Origin: Octopus bimaculoides
Lineage: Eukaryota
NCBI RefSeq assembly: GCF_001194135.2
Contig: NC_068989.1
Coordinates: 59,531,009 to 59,595,008 of the forward strand
Reading direction: 5' to 3'
Length of the DNA: 64,000 nt
Shown here piece after piece: positions 49,191-62,440 of the stretch (the first letter of the stretch is position 1; the number at the start of each line of letters is the position of its first letter). Position numbers and translations under genes: made by a program. The notes under the pieces were generated by a model that saw only the letters and a program-made list of their open reading frames with translations, was not told where the DNA came from and did not search any database.

Positions 49191-52100
49191 CCCCATAAAA
49201 AGTGCAAATGTGATCTGGAAATAAAAATGGACTTTTAGTTTAGAAGATTGCTTCTGAATATATTTTCCATTAAAGAAGGATTTTATTTCTGGCCAATATG
49301 CAAATGAAGGAGCGCCATGACAGTTAATATGATCACCAAAGAAAATTGGATTTAGATCCAAACAGAATTTCGATGAGAAGTTGAGAAGTTGTAATACAAC
49401 TGCAACTATATTTCAGCAGCAATGCGGTTACTGGTGTGGAGATAAACTGATGTTTATTGTGAGAACTCGTAGTAAGACGTAGAAATATTTCTGAACTGAT
49501 TACTCATAGACAACCGATTTGAATAAGCACCTTCATATTTTATTTATAAAATATAATTTTAAAAAATACATTTATGCGTAATTTTTTCATTTTCAATTCC
49601 TGCTAGACTAACTTCATTTTTATTCAACGTAAATTTTTTTTAAATATTATTACAAGCGAATCAAAAATCAGTTTTAAAAAATGGAAGTTGACCTTAAGTG
49701 TCAATATTCGACAAATGAGTGTTTATTAGTCACGAAGAACACAAAAAAAAAATGATGAGAAAAAATATTCTCAGACAAAAGAAAATGTTATTCTAATAAA
49801 TTTATTCAAAAAATGTTATTCCTAAAAGCATTTTCCTTTTTTTTTTTCTTCTTCAATTTTAATGTTCAATATGGCATTTCGCTGTTACTATTGTTTTGCT
49901 CGATGTTTACCGTGAGTAGATCTATGATTAAAGCTTTCTAGTCATGACCGTCCATCTTAGTTTAAGATAATGCATCCAGAACTATTATCAAAGTATTCTT
50001 TTACAAAATGTAGGATGTAGTGTGAGGGGAATTTGACAGCCTTTTCTAGCAGGTCTAGCAACCACGTAAATATTTACTCTAGGCTTTTAGTGTGGCAAAC
50101 ACAGTAGAGTAGCGGTCCTCATACCAAATGGTAATGTCATCTCTCTCTAAGTACTAACCTCAAGCATTGCCGGAATCAAGATTACGTTTCGTTCCTCTAG
50201 AATAGCTTTCTTTTAATTAACTTTACCCTTCTCCTGCAACAATGTAAGATATTCAATATTTTTAGATTGATTACTCAGACAGCGTTCATGACTATCTCAG
50301 TAGCTAGTAAGAGGAAGTAAGTTAGCGTCAAACGGAAACTTGGCCAGAATACTTGCAACAAAATGGACTAAAGACGCTTGAGGGTTAAAAGACGTGAGGG
50401 TAGTGTTAAAATAACCGTTGAATTAAGTCTACCACCGAAAGATATGAATAGTTCCTCAATGGACTTACACAGTCACAGTCTTCATCCATCAAACTGCATT
50501 CACAAGACTTTGTCCGACCTGAGACTTAAGTAGAAGATACTTGTCTAAGGTATTGTGCAATGATATCGAACCCAGTACCACATATTTGCATCGCGATCTT
50601 CTTAACTACAAGACCTATTTGCATTTTGGTTAAAGGAAGCCATGATGATATTTTACTTAAATATGAAATCTGATAGATGAGGGTTAAGTGAAAGTGACGT
50701 GTACTGATTCCAATCAAGTATCGAAACTGAGCTGCCACTTCGGCTCATTGAGAGGAATTATTGTTGCGCGTTTTAAATTAAATAAAGACAAATTCTAACT
50801 TTACCATGACATCAACCATTTTTTGGGAGATGTGCAGCCGAATGAATCAACAATTTTGCATGACTCGTATTTATTCCGATCGCAAAGGAAGGTTGAAAAG
50901 TATTGCCCTACGTAGGATTTGAATTCAGAATATAGAGAACAACACTAAATAGTTGAAGGTGTTTAGTCCGAAATCCCGGTATTTCTGTTACTCCACCTCG
51001 CTAGCGATATTAACATATTTAATAGATGCCTCTTCAAACCCTAAATTTATAAACGCCGTGATTTATTTTGTTTTAGCATTTTATCTTTTTAGTAAATTGT
51101 TTGGACATGAAATATGCATCCCAACTCTGCTCAACAGGTCAAAAGTTATACAGATAATATGAAATAAAATTGAAATTAGTTCAAGTTCGGTACTGTTTCT
51201 AATATACTTCCATCCGTATAAGCATGATCTTTTCACTGTTATTTCAACAAAGACACACACTGCTAATGACACTATTCAGACGTCATTCTTAAGAAAACTG
51301 GATACATCAGACCAGACAGACTTTTCCAAATGAAACGGGTCATTCCTCAATCTAGAAGCCAAGCTCCTTCGTTCGCAAGCATCCGCTTACTTGTTGACTG
51401 AATTATGTCGACTCTAACGAATTATTTAAAAGGGTAATAAAATTGTATGACTACTATGTCCTCTTCAGAGTTAATCAAGCAATATGGTTCTACTTTAGAT
51501 AATAAAAGAATTAGCTTCAATATGGAATTGAAACCATGTTACTGTTTTTCGCTTCGCAGCACTTATTATTTGCTACAAGTTATTTTATGACAGCTTGAAC
51601 GAAATTTCAAAGGGAAGGCAGTAGAATGCCAAAAACTGTGATGCATCTACCAAAATAAAAGCTCTTCAGATTTTACTTCTCTCTCTCTATACTTCTTTTT
51701 TTGCTTTGACATTCGAACCTTCAGAATCGATAAAAAAAAAGATACCAGTCATATATTGGTTTGACCAATTGACAATACCACTCTTTAAATATTTCTAGCT
51801 TCAGCTAGAAATCGATATTTAAAGCATTTAAAGTCGAAATATGATTGATACTTTTAGACAGAATTGAAATATTTGTTCTTTGTTTATAAAAATACTTTTA
51901 AATATTAACATTTTATCTGCAATAATATTTTATTGATGGTTCGATCATTTTATTTATTTATTTATTTTTGGCATTATTTCCCACAAGCTATTCAAAGATA
52001 TTCTCTTTGAAAATATTTTAGTGTGCTGCCATATTTTTAATGAGATATTTCTAACTGACTGGCAGCTTTTTGAAACTGATGGCTCCGACTGATTACTAGA

Positions 52101-53563
52101 CCTTTACAATACCAGATCTAACTGATGGCCTTTAAGAGTAATCAGTTAACATTAATCTCAAATTTTTGAATTATGAGATTTGATTGAGTTAGAGGTATTC
52201 TAAAATATTATATCTGTAAGAAAAGTATTGGATAGTACAGCTCGAACTAACGATCAGATCTTTACAAGTGTTAAGTATATTATGTCATGACTAACTGCCT
52301 GACAGCTTTGTCTCATTCCCGTTTTAGAAAAAGACGAAATCGAAGTAATTACCAGATTTCAGGGCTAAATCTAAGAGTCTAATAAAATTATTCATGTCAT
52401 TCTTAGCTCTGTGTTTTATTTAGTTCCATACTCTAGTGAAAAAAATCATTTAGATATATTTAACAAAGCTATTAGTTATATATTAAGTTCTAGAAACATA
52501 TTATGCTGATTCAATTGGCTGAACGATCTCCCTGTAAAACTTATTTTTGTTCTTCGTCAAAAGAAACCAATATTTAGATTTTTGTTCGGCTGATTGTGAA
52601 AGAACGATCCAGACGATAGTCCGTCTTCTATTGATTATACACATTTAACTTCTCTTATGTTGCTAATACCTTTCAGAAAAGCATAACGGTACGATTTTTC
52701 ATTTCCCAGTCTCTTAAACTATTCAGCTTTTGTAGTCAGTGAAAAGAAACCTATTCTGAAATTATTTAACTCATCAAATAGAAGAACCTATTATGTTATT
52801 ATAGCACATTGTCTTTTTGGCTGAAGAATGAACAAATCATCCTCAATCTCGATAATATCATCTTCCAAAGAAAGGTGGTGCTCGTGGTAGCCGTCGTAGT
52901 CGTGATCGTTGTCTTGGTCATGGAGGTCATGATGGCAGTAATACTAATGTGATAGTATCAGAAAATAGTCGGCTTGTCGAGTTACTCCGGAGGCAGTGGT
53001 CCAACCGATAAGACATTGGATTGCATCATTGGATTCCTACAAGGGAACTTTCTTTCAGTAATTACCGGGATAAATATATAAATGAATAAATAAATAAGCC
53101 ACAAGTATCCTTGGTGTTATTGTTGGTGTGAACTAAATCAGTGATAAGTGTTTCATTGTCGTATTGTTCTCATAAGGCGAGAACAACAAGGCGAAGTCCA
53201 GGACCCAAATCAACGCCCACCGAGTAATGGCAATAATTAATCAATCAATCAATAAGTTAATCGCTAAACTCTCCGTTAGTTAACATTAAAATTCACTCTT
53301 GCTAAGTCTGTTATAGAAATATAGTGAGGTTGACTGTGCTACAACACTTTCAGCATCAATTGCATTGTTATTCTTGGTACACCATTGCTGTACTTGCAAA
53401 TGGGTTGTCTCCATAGTCATCAGCAAATTTTATCGACCTCACCGGTCTTGGCGAGATCGATGCAATTAATGTTTGAAAAACATGAGCAGGAAACGATTTC
53501 CTAATGACTGAAGTTTGAGGTGGGGTTTCTTTAACAGAATATTCTATTAATATTAAATTACCG

Positions 53564-54021
53564 AAGGTAGCGATCAGGAAGAATCGTTAGCATACCGGAG
53601 CAAAATACTTATCGGCGTTTCGTCCGTCTTTACAGTCTGAGTTCAAATTCCGCCGAGATCGACTTTGCCTGTCATACCTTTCTGGGTCGATAAAATAAGC
53701 ACCAGTTGAATACAAGGGACGATTTAATCGACTTACTCACTTCTGCGCAATTGCTGGCCTTGTGCCAAAATTTGAAACCAATATCAAATTACCTAAACCG
53801 GCGAGCTGGCAGAGTCGTTAGTACGCCGGGCAAAATGCTTAACGTCATTTCGTCTGTATTTACTCCCTGAGATCAAATGCTGCAGAGGTTGATTTTGCCT
53901 TCCATCCTTTCGGCCTCGATAAAATAAGTTCCAGTCGAGTAGAGTACTGGGGTCGATTTAATCGACTTAGCCCCTCCCCACGGACTGTTGGCCTTGTACC
54001 AAACTTTGAAACCAATATTAA
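53564..54021 (+). mobile_element. Two tandem SINE family B copies
   Basis: 53564-53785 and 53795-54021 each have the head and the GTCGATAAAATAAG core. Confidence 0.88.
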
Positions 54022-55994
54022 ATGGTCATCGTAAATTTGAATGTAAAGTTGGATAAGTTCGTGAATTTGAGTTGCAGCAAATGGTAACGTCTCCAGTAGA
54101 ATCTTTCAAAGTCAAAATCAAATACAAACATTGCCAATTAAAATGATTGTAAAGTTAGAGAGTAGAACACAAATATACAGATATACGATAATAACATCAT
54201 ATCCGCTGTTGCTGCCACTTACTTTTGAAGTCTTCTTTAAACAGTCAGACGTCAGTTTACCTGGAAAGAAACAATGAAATTATTAATAAGAAGTGTTAAA
54301 ATTAATACCTGCAGGATTTCACAGATCTAGCATCACTCCTTCATAGTTAGTCTACCTTCGTATACTCCCACATACTCTCACTAACACATATTTATTTCTT
54401 TATTGCCCACAAGGGGTTAAACATTGAGGAGACAAACATGGACAGACAAAGAGATTAAGGCGATTACATTATGATTTTTGTCATTCCAGTCAGTTTAATT
54501 ACATAACAAATGCTTTTCTTACCGAAAGGGTAAGTTTATTTGCTAAGTATTGAAGTAGTATTCAAGTGAAAAATATAAATAAAACTGTTGAATATCAAGA
54601 GACTAAGGCAAATCCTACACATCTCTGCCATTGGGAGAATGTAAATAAGTATAAAAGTCAGTGAACTTTTTCCAATAATCTATTATTAGTGAGAAATAAA
54701 ATCCACCAATAACTCCAACAAACGACAATAAAAGATCTCCCTGTTGATTGTCTATATGAAAAGAAGATGGGTCTAATGTAGTATAAATTGCTTTTATCAT
54801 TGCCATTTTGAATAATAACAACTGCGCATTTTGTGTAATTTAAAGGATCAAACTGTCTTGAACAAGAGACTCAATCCGTACAAATAATAAACAGCATGTA
54901 ACCGACCACACGGTTGATGCCGTTTCTAAAGTAAAACAACCGTTACAACTTGTTGGTTCGCATCTCCGAGTGCAAACTTTTCATTAGACTTTGGCCATCA
55001 TGATAAAGGGATTCACATCGTTCACTCGTTTAGCACTTTTTATCATCAACATGCTAACACAGAGTGAGCCTCTATACTGACACTTAACCTGCTAGAAGTA
55101 GCAGCCAAACTTCCATCAAATATCGTTCTACTGTCTAAAAAATGGATGAAGTCATTTTATAAAATAATCCTAAATAAACTATATCTGAAAATAAGATATG
55201 ATGGTGTCTGAACGCTTTTCATTGTAGTTTTGCTTGTTCAGAGCTCACCTCTGGCTAAATATAAACAGCAAAATTCTAATATGAAGTCAGTACGAATGAA
55301 TGATTTCTGATACTGAATTGCATACCTTCTTAGTTCAAGTCCCTTTTAGAGACAACTCAGCTTTTGATTCTTGGTAGAGTAAATGAACTAAAAACTTGTC
55401 AGATAATTGAATTAACCCTTTTGTTTCCATATTTAGGTTGCAATACGGTAATTTTGAAAATGAAAATAAATTTAATATAACTTTGTACTTATTAATCTGG
55501 AGTTTGGAACATAAATTAACTTGCTGGAAAATTTCAGTTTAGATTATTTTAATACATGAAGTTTGCATCATAGAACGAGAGACGGCTTCATGTGAGTTAA
55601 TATCACATGCAGAGAACTACATCCTTTCATACAATCCTTCTCTCCTGTCTGCTCTCTTTCTCTTCTCTCTCCTCATTTCTCTTTTTATCAGACAATAACT
55701 AAACAGCATTTATTATATTTTGCATCTAACTACCATATTTTCAGGAATAGTTTACCTGGAAATACATTGTTCAATGTGACCTTCTTTTTAAGATTGTGAA
55801 TTACGTCAGCTGAGAGAGATTTGGCTGCCACTTCTAACAAAACTGCGTGATGTCACATCATTGACTCGAGTGTACTGGGGTCGCACGTACATTTATGAAA
55901 ATATAAGTGTGTATGAGAGACTGTGTGTAAGAAAGTCTATGGGACTGTGTATGTGTGTTAGAATAGGCGTTTGAGAGTGAACGTATTTTGATGT

Positions 55995-56134
55995 GTGCGT
56001 GTGTGTGTGTGTAATATTTCAGCAAGTGCAAAAAATATGAGCGTCGTTCGCGCGCGCGTATGTATGTGTGTGTGTGTTTGTGTGTGTCTGTGTGTGTGTG
56101 TGTGTATGTGTGTTTGTGTGTGTGTGTGTGTCTG

Positions 56135-56169
<35 letters not shown>

Positions 56170-56218
56170 GTGTCTGTGTGTCTGTGTGTGTGTTTGTGTG
56201 TGTGTGTGNNNNNNNNNN

Positions 56219-56305
<87 letters not shown>
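55995..56305. repeat. (GT)n microsatellite
   Basis: Directly visible. Confidence 0.97.
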
Positions 56306-56307
<2 letters not shown>

Positions 56308-56369
56308 GTACATATGTGTGAATATTTATGTATGTACGTATGCATGTTTGTATGTATTTATGCATGTAT

Positions 56370-56790
56370 GTCTTTCAGATTTATTTCAAAATTTCTTGCC
56401 AATCGAGAAAAACTGGTTTCTAACCTCGATCCAAGGTTCCTTCATTGGAATTTCAACATCAACAGGGTACTTTTGCATGTATACGTGAATATGTGCAGTA
56501 TTTGGAGTCAGTGCATGAGTAGATTTGTGCTTTGTTTTATGTATTATTCACATGTATATAGTTGCATTCTAGACATGCGCACATATACTCAAATGATAAA
56601 CTTCTGGAAAGTTTTACAGATTTTTACAGTTCCAGTAATGGTTTTGTTTTGTAGTCTTCGAATCGGCTTTCTCCTTTCTGGTTTCGAAAAGCTTAATTTC
56701 TCAAAATTGGTACTTAGGCAGTATCCAACATATCCCAAGGCCCCAATAATTACAGGTATAACCCTGAACTTGTAAAGTTGACAATATTTC
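56370..56790 (-). mobile_element. RLE-type LINE 3' end (C-terminus plus 3'UTR)
   Basis: KFRVIPVIIGALG...LQNKTITGTVKICKTF. Confidence 0.8.
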
Positions 56791-56799
56791 ACCAAACTT

Positions 56800-56935
56800 T
56801 CGGCCGAGGTTGACTTTGCCTTTCATCCTTTCGGGGTCAATAAGATAAGTACCAGTTGAAAACTGGAGTCGAAGTAATCGACTCATTCCATTACTCGAAT
56901 TTTCTGACCTTCAGCCAAAATTTGAAATCAATATT
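56800..56935 (+). mobile_element. SINE family B core/tail
   Basis: CCGAGGTTGACTTTGCCTTTCATCCTTTCGGGGTC. Confidence 0.85.
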
Positions 56936-57489
56936 TCACCAAACTCCAGTCAAATCTAGAATTTTTTTTTTTTCGTTTTCAGTGTTTATATCATCCGATA
57001 CAGAGTACTTAAAATTACGTTTAGATTGCAAATTAATTAGAAATCAATAATATATTAGGAGTGATGTAAGGTGGTATGACCAAAACTACCTCATTTTGGA
57101 GATGGCACTAAAACGTAGCCATCAACACGACTAAAAGTCAAACTCTAAAATCACTACAATATAATTATAAAAGTGCAGAAGTTCACAGTGTTTTCGGTCG
57201 ATAATATCAGGCATTCATTAATTTCCTTTCTTTTAAAAACCTCCGAGTCATATTTGATCATAAAGCTGAAAGAAAACTCGTTATCTGTTACAGAAATCGA
57301 CTCTGGAGAAAGTTTCAGATAAACAAATAGGATATCTTGGAGACATTTTGTCATAATTTAGATTATAATTGATAATCAGTGTGTATGTGCGTGTGTGTGT
57401 GTGTGTGCGCGCCTGTGTGTGTATGTGCGTGCGTGTGTGTGCGTGTGCGTGCGTGTGCGTGTCTATGTGTGTGGCTGTGTGTGTGTGTG

Positions 57490-57548
<59 letters not shown>

Positions 57549-58039
57549 TCTTTAAAAGAAAATTTTCTTATCGTAAATGACGTTTATTATGACGTTTATT
57601 GAGAAGGCGAGAAGAAAACCTACGGTAGCTTACATAGCCACTGGCGGCAAAATAGCTGAATGAACTGGTAAAATTCTGGTTTATCAGACATTGAAGACGG
57701 TAGTTCGTGGTCTAGTCATCTTGAAATAATAACTTAAGATGCCATTACATTTCTGGTATTCTTTTATCTGTTTTATAGGAATTCGCCATACTTCAAGTCC
57801 AACGAAACATTAACATACTCGTAAGCTATCACATAAGTTAGATAAAAAAAATATTGGAAATCGCTTTAGTTTTTGGTGCTTTGTTAGCATTCCACCTGAG
57901 CAATCATAAATTGTTCATCCTTCCCAAAGCTTTCAGATGTCAGCCTGTCTATGAAGCTATACGATATGGATTATGTAACGCACGGTTGCAGGATTCGAAC
58001 GCTGCATCTTTTATAAATCGTATTGTTGTGTTGATATTT

Positions 58040-58173
58040 AGGCGCAGGGTGAGTGGTTAAAAATTTCGTTTTGCAACCATGTAGTTTGGAGCTCAGTCAA
58101 TAGTAGAAGACACTTGGGTAAGCGTCTTCTAATTATAGTGCCGAGCCAACCTTGTGAGTGAATTTGGTATACG
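58040..58173 (+). mobile_element. SINE family A head/core, degenerate, interrupted by a MITE
   Basis: CACTTGGGTAAGCGTCTTCT...CCTTGTGAGTGAATTTGGTA. Confidence 0.65.
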
Positions 58174-58175
58174 TA

Positions 58176-58391
58176 CGAGGAGATGCTGAAAAGTTCCTGG
58201 CTTTGGGTAAAAGAAGATACACGAGGATCGGTTAATTATGATTTATTCACCATATTTCCTCTCTCAGATTCGCACTCTTGTTGCAGCAGTCCTTCGGTTA
58301 TTCTAAGCCCTGTAAAAGAACTCGGTGTTTGAACCTCCAGCCAGGCCTTTCGCGATACCCTTAAAGCCAGGAACTTTTCAGTACCCTCTCG
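58176..58391. mobile_element. Mariner-type MITE
   Basis: TIRs CGAGGAGATGCTGAAAAGTTCCTGGCTTT and AAAGCCAGGAACTTTTCAGTACCCTCTCG, TA at 58174-58175. Confidence 0.85.
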
Positions 58392-58410
58392 TGTATAGAT
58401 AGATAGATAA

Positions 58411-58471
<61 letters not shown>

Positions 58472-59541
58472 CACTGGGGCTTCTCTAGGTCGTGCTGCTA
58501 TTCCTTTGCATTCTTCAAGCCGAGTCTAGCCTGACTAAAATAGCTTGAACATCAAAACTGGATTAGATCCAAATGGATTGAAATTACGATCCTTTGATAA
58601 GGATATCTGGAACTTCTTTTTATGATATTACAGCCCCAGAATTGTTTAAATCAAATTATGATTCAATATAGAGCTGTTAGAGCAACTATTAAGTTGACCA
58701 GAATCGTCTAGTTGGCGGATAAGTAATCATATGGACCAACTCAGGGATCTTGTATACCAATCATTACTCCCAGGTCATCTTCTAGAAGTATGATCGATGG
58801 CATTGTATCGATCCTTATATAATAAAGAGTTTAGGTAAAAGAATTCACTCAACTGTCCGTATATTTTGAATATACACAAATCCAGACACTTGTAAAGCAA
58901 TGGAAATGAGATTGTGTGGACTTCGGAGGTTTCTCAAAAGTTTTAATGGCCCAATAGAAATGAAGTAAAGAAACGGACCGGTTAGTAGATCTCTCACTCG
59001 GTGGTATTTTGTCATCCACAGATTCAAATTAGTATCTTTTTGTTGATTGGAAATATCCTGTGATTTAGTACAGAAATGAGAATTATTGTGCTCTGGGAGT
59101 TTATAAACCATTTGTTAATTTTACAGGACTGCTGTTATATGTATGGAATCATTCCACTTTGTGATATCAAGTTTCATTTTGGTATATTGTGATTTTGAAA
59201 GTTAAGTACTTTGGGTAAATACAACACCTAGCACTACCACTAGTGACATAATACGAACCACCGACTTATTGGTTACTTATCGACCTAGTCATCTGTATAA
59301 CTCAGCATTAGACCACATCAATGAAGAGAAAGATGTGTTAGAATAAGATTTAAATACCACAAGTTATAATTAGAAAACGTTATTTCTGTTTCAGTGGTGT
59401 TAATTAATTAATACTCTGTTGTTAATCAACTGATGCCCCACACGGCAATCACATACACGCAAACGTGCGTGTGTGCATGTGTGTGACTTTGCATATTCAA
59501 GTATGTGTATGTAAATTTGTCTTAAAATGTATGTCTTCATA

Positions 59542-59582
<41 letters not shown>

Positions 59583-60254
59583 CAGAGACAGAGATAATTT
59601 AACGGTCAAAATTTCTAAATACCTTGGATTCTAGGCTAACTTAACTTTAAATTGAAAATAGTCACTCTAATGAATTGAACCTCGAATTTGTTAGACAGGT
59701 CACGGAAAACACTTCGTAATGAATTATATTGAATATTGCATTCACACTTTTCAATCAAGAATTCTTTTGAAATCAAAAACTGTTGTCAGTCACGTGTTTG
59801 TTACCGAATTCTATTCTCTAAGAATGATGAAGTGTTCTGTTCAACCTCAGTAATACAAACAACCCAAACTAATTCTGTTGCTGGCTACTTCTTTGTTCTA
59901 TCATTGAATCTTCTGGTTTTTGGTTTCTGTTTTCTTGACAACCTTGTTGTGAAATATAACTCTGCTGGAGGATAAACGTTTTTTTACCATTCTTTAACAA
60001 TCAGCTGAGGAATAACATGTTATTTTTTTATCTCTATATTGATTTTAACATTTTAATTAAAATTTTTCAGCAGAAAGAAAAATACGTTTTAAAAAATGCT
60101 TATAAATCAGCTTGTTAAACATATATGATGTCTAAAATCGGCCATATTTTAATATATACATATTTTAATATATATATATATATTTTAATATATATATATT
60201 TTTAATATATATATATATTTAAATATATATATATATTAATATATAAATATTTTA

Positions 60255-60291
<37 letters not shown>

Positions 60292-60299
60292 AAACAAAG

Positions 60300-60715
60300 T
60301 AACTGAGATTCAAAGATTTATAGTGGCTAGATTCAGTGTTGATGTACTTAAGGTGTTGATTGGGTTTATGATATGGGAAGTAGAGTGAAGAGTTTAAATC
60401 TAAAGTAACATCTAGAAAATTTGCTGTCTTGTAAGAGTTTTCAAAAGAGATAGATAAGTTGAAGTTGGCGAAGAATTTATGTAAGAGTTTTCTAGTTTTT
60501 CTAATGCAGATTTTGTTAGGCCTGTTGCAATTAACAATTCATCGTCTCTATAGAAGCCTCCTTTGATGTGGGGGAATTGTGTGTAGAGGTGTTGAAGGAG
60601 GTACAGTCCGACTAGATCCGTGACCTGAGCGGAATCGGATGAATCCATGGTTATATCAAAGAAGTTGTTTCTGTTAGTATTGAGGTTAGCACGGGACCAA
60701 AACTTATTTTCGAAG
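60300..60715 (-). mobile_element. Penelope-like element reverse transcriptase fragment
   Basis: FDITMDSSDSAQVTDLVGLYLL...GGFYRDDEL, then (frameshift) NFLDVTLDL...YFPYHKPNQHLKYINTESSH; these match PLE RT motifs. Confidence 0.85.
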
Positions 60716-60853
60716 GATATGAGGGTCTGCCTGGAGCCCTGGTAATCCGTTACAGCACTTAGCTAGCGTACCTAGTCGTTTAGATCATCTGTGAACTAAA
60801 CCCCCATGCTTTGATACGTATATATATATATATATATATATACGCAATGATAC

Positions 60854-60932
<79 letters not shown>

Positions 60933-61144
60933 TAATTGCTTACAGAAAACTCTACGGTATGACATATTCCGTTAATACTCCAATGTTTGCTCCTTCTGAG
61001 TTAGTCACAAGAGTAAAAGAAGTTAAATCTACCTCAATATTTTACAAGTAGCTGTATTTATTAAAATATATATGCTGCATGCTGGAACGTACATTCAAAA
61101 GATACCATAAACAATCCCCCTATTTCTCTCTTTCTCTCTCGCTT

Positions 61145-61179
<35 letters not shown>

Positions 61180-61221
61180 TTCTCTCTCTCTCTCACTCAC
61201 TCTCTCTCTCTCTCTCACTCA

Positions 61222-61276
<55 letters not shown>

Positions 61277-62224
61277 TTTCTCTTAATATTGCATGATATG
61301 CCAAAATATCTACTTACCTAAGTTGTATTGCTTTCCCTAATGTCTATCTCATAACATTATTTTAACAAGTCACTTTCGGACTTGCAACGTGCAAATTTTA
61401 CACTTCATTTGATTAAGCCCACCAACCAGTAACTTACAGGGATTGACGTTATTAATTATACTTTGGCCTTGACCTACGCACACAGAAGGAAAAAGTACTG
61501 GATTGTTTATGGTAAATATCATGGCATACATTTTATAACTTTTAATAAATCATTGGATTCCTCCAAAGTTTTTCGCCTCCATGACGAGCATCGTAGAACA
61601 GTCATTCTGGTTAATCTCTCTCCAAAATTTTATAAGTTCAAAAAACTGAGTCAAAGAGTAAGTGAAGTTAATAGCCCAACCTGAAATCGAACCTGCACCG
61701 CAGTCTCTGTTTGCGAGTAGCCTTCCATTCTACACTGAAAACTTATTTGTTTTTCGTATTTTGATGAAATTTTTTCATTTCCCTTGTGACGTAATTGATA
61801 TTTAGTTGACGTCACGACTCGTAGTCCTTTACATTTTCCCACTCGTTTTGAAGATATTAGAAACATTGACAGCTGTTTCTATATTTATACATATATATAT
61901 TTAGAATTATGTCTGATAAATACATCTCTTTAATCTTTAGTCTGATAAATATCTCTCTATTCTACTCAACTTGCTAAAAATAGCAACCAAACTCCCTACC
62001 ATCTTAAAGAAAAGAACACATTGGAAAATATAGTTCCAGGGATACAAAAACAAAACGAGATGACCTTGGCTTGAATAACTTTGATCACGGGTCTGCTCGA
62101 TCAGGACTAGAACTAAGCAACGACATCTTTTTAAAGGCACATCTTGCTTTATGTGAGCAGAGAGTTAATGTAAGTGAATGTCCCTTTAGCTTGTATTAAT
62201 AAGTCGAAAACTACTAATGGTTGT

Positions 62225-62440
62225 GTAGTACCTCATGTACCTATACATGTACATGAGGTACTACGCAATTACAGATACGTACGGTACTATAAAACTACAT
62301 AAGATACTACAAAGTTACACGAGATACCACACGGCTCCATGAGATATTACATAGATACATGAAGTACTGTAGAATTACATGAAGTACTATATAGCAATAC
62401 GAAATGAGGTACTATACAGCTACACGGGGTACTACATGGT
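62225..62440. repeat. 16-bp perfect hairpin followed by a ~19-20-bp degenerate minisatellite
   Basis: GTAGTACCTCATGTAC/GTACATGAGGTACTAC, then repeated TACATGAGGTACTA-like units. Confidence 0.75.

Noticed and set aside
51440-51475. Minus-strand CUGAAGA followed by a GAC/GUC hairpin
   Set aside because: No GAAA core or stem I.
54205-54275. Apparent 38-nt minus-strand exon (TTTCCAG...GTAAGT)
   Set aside because: The same sequence lies inside the mariner 5' fragment at ~34710-34760, so it is transposon-derived.
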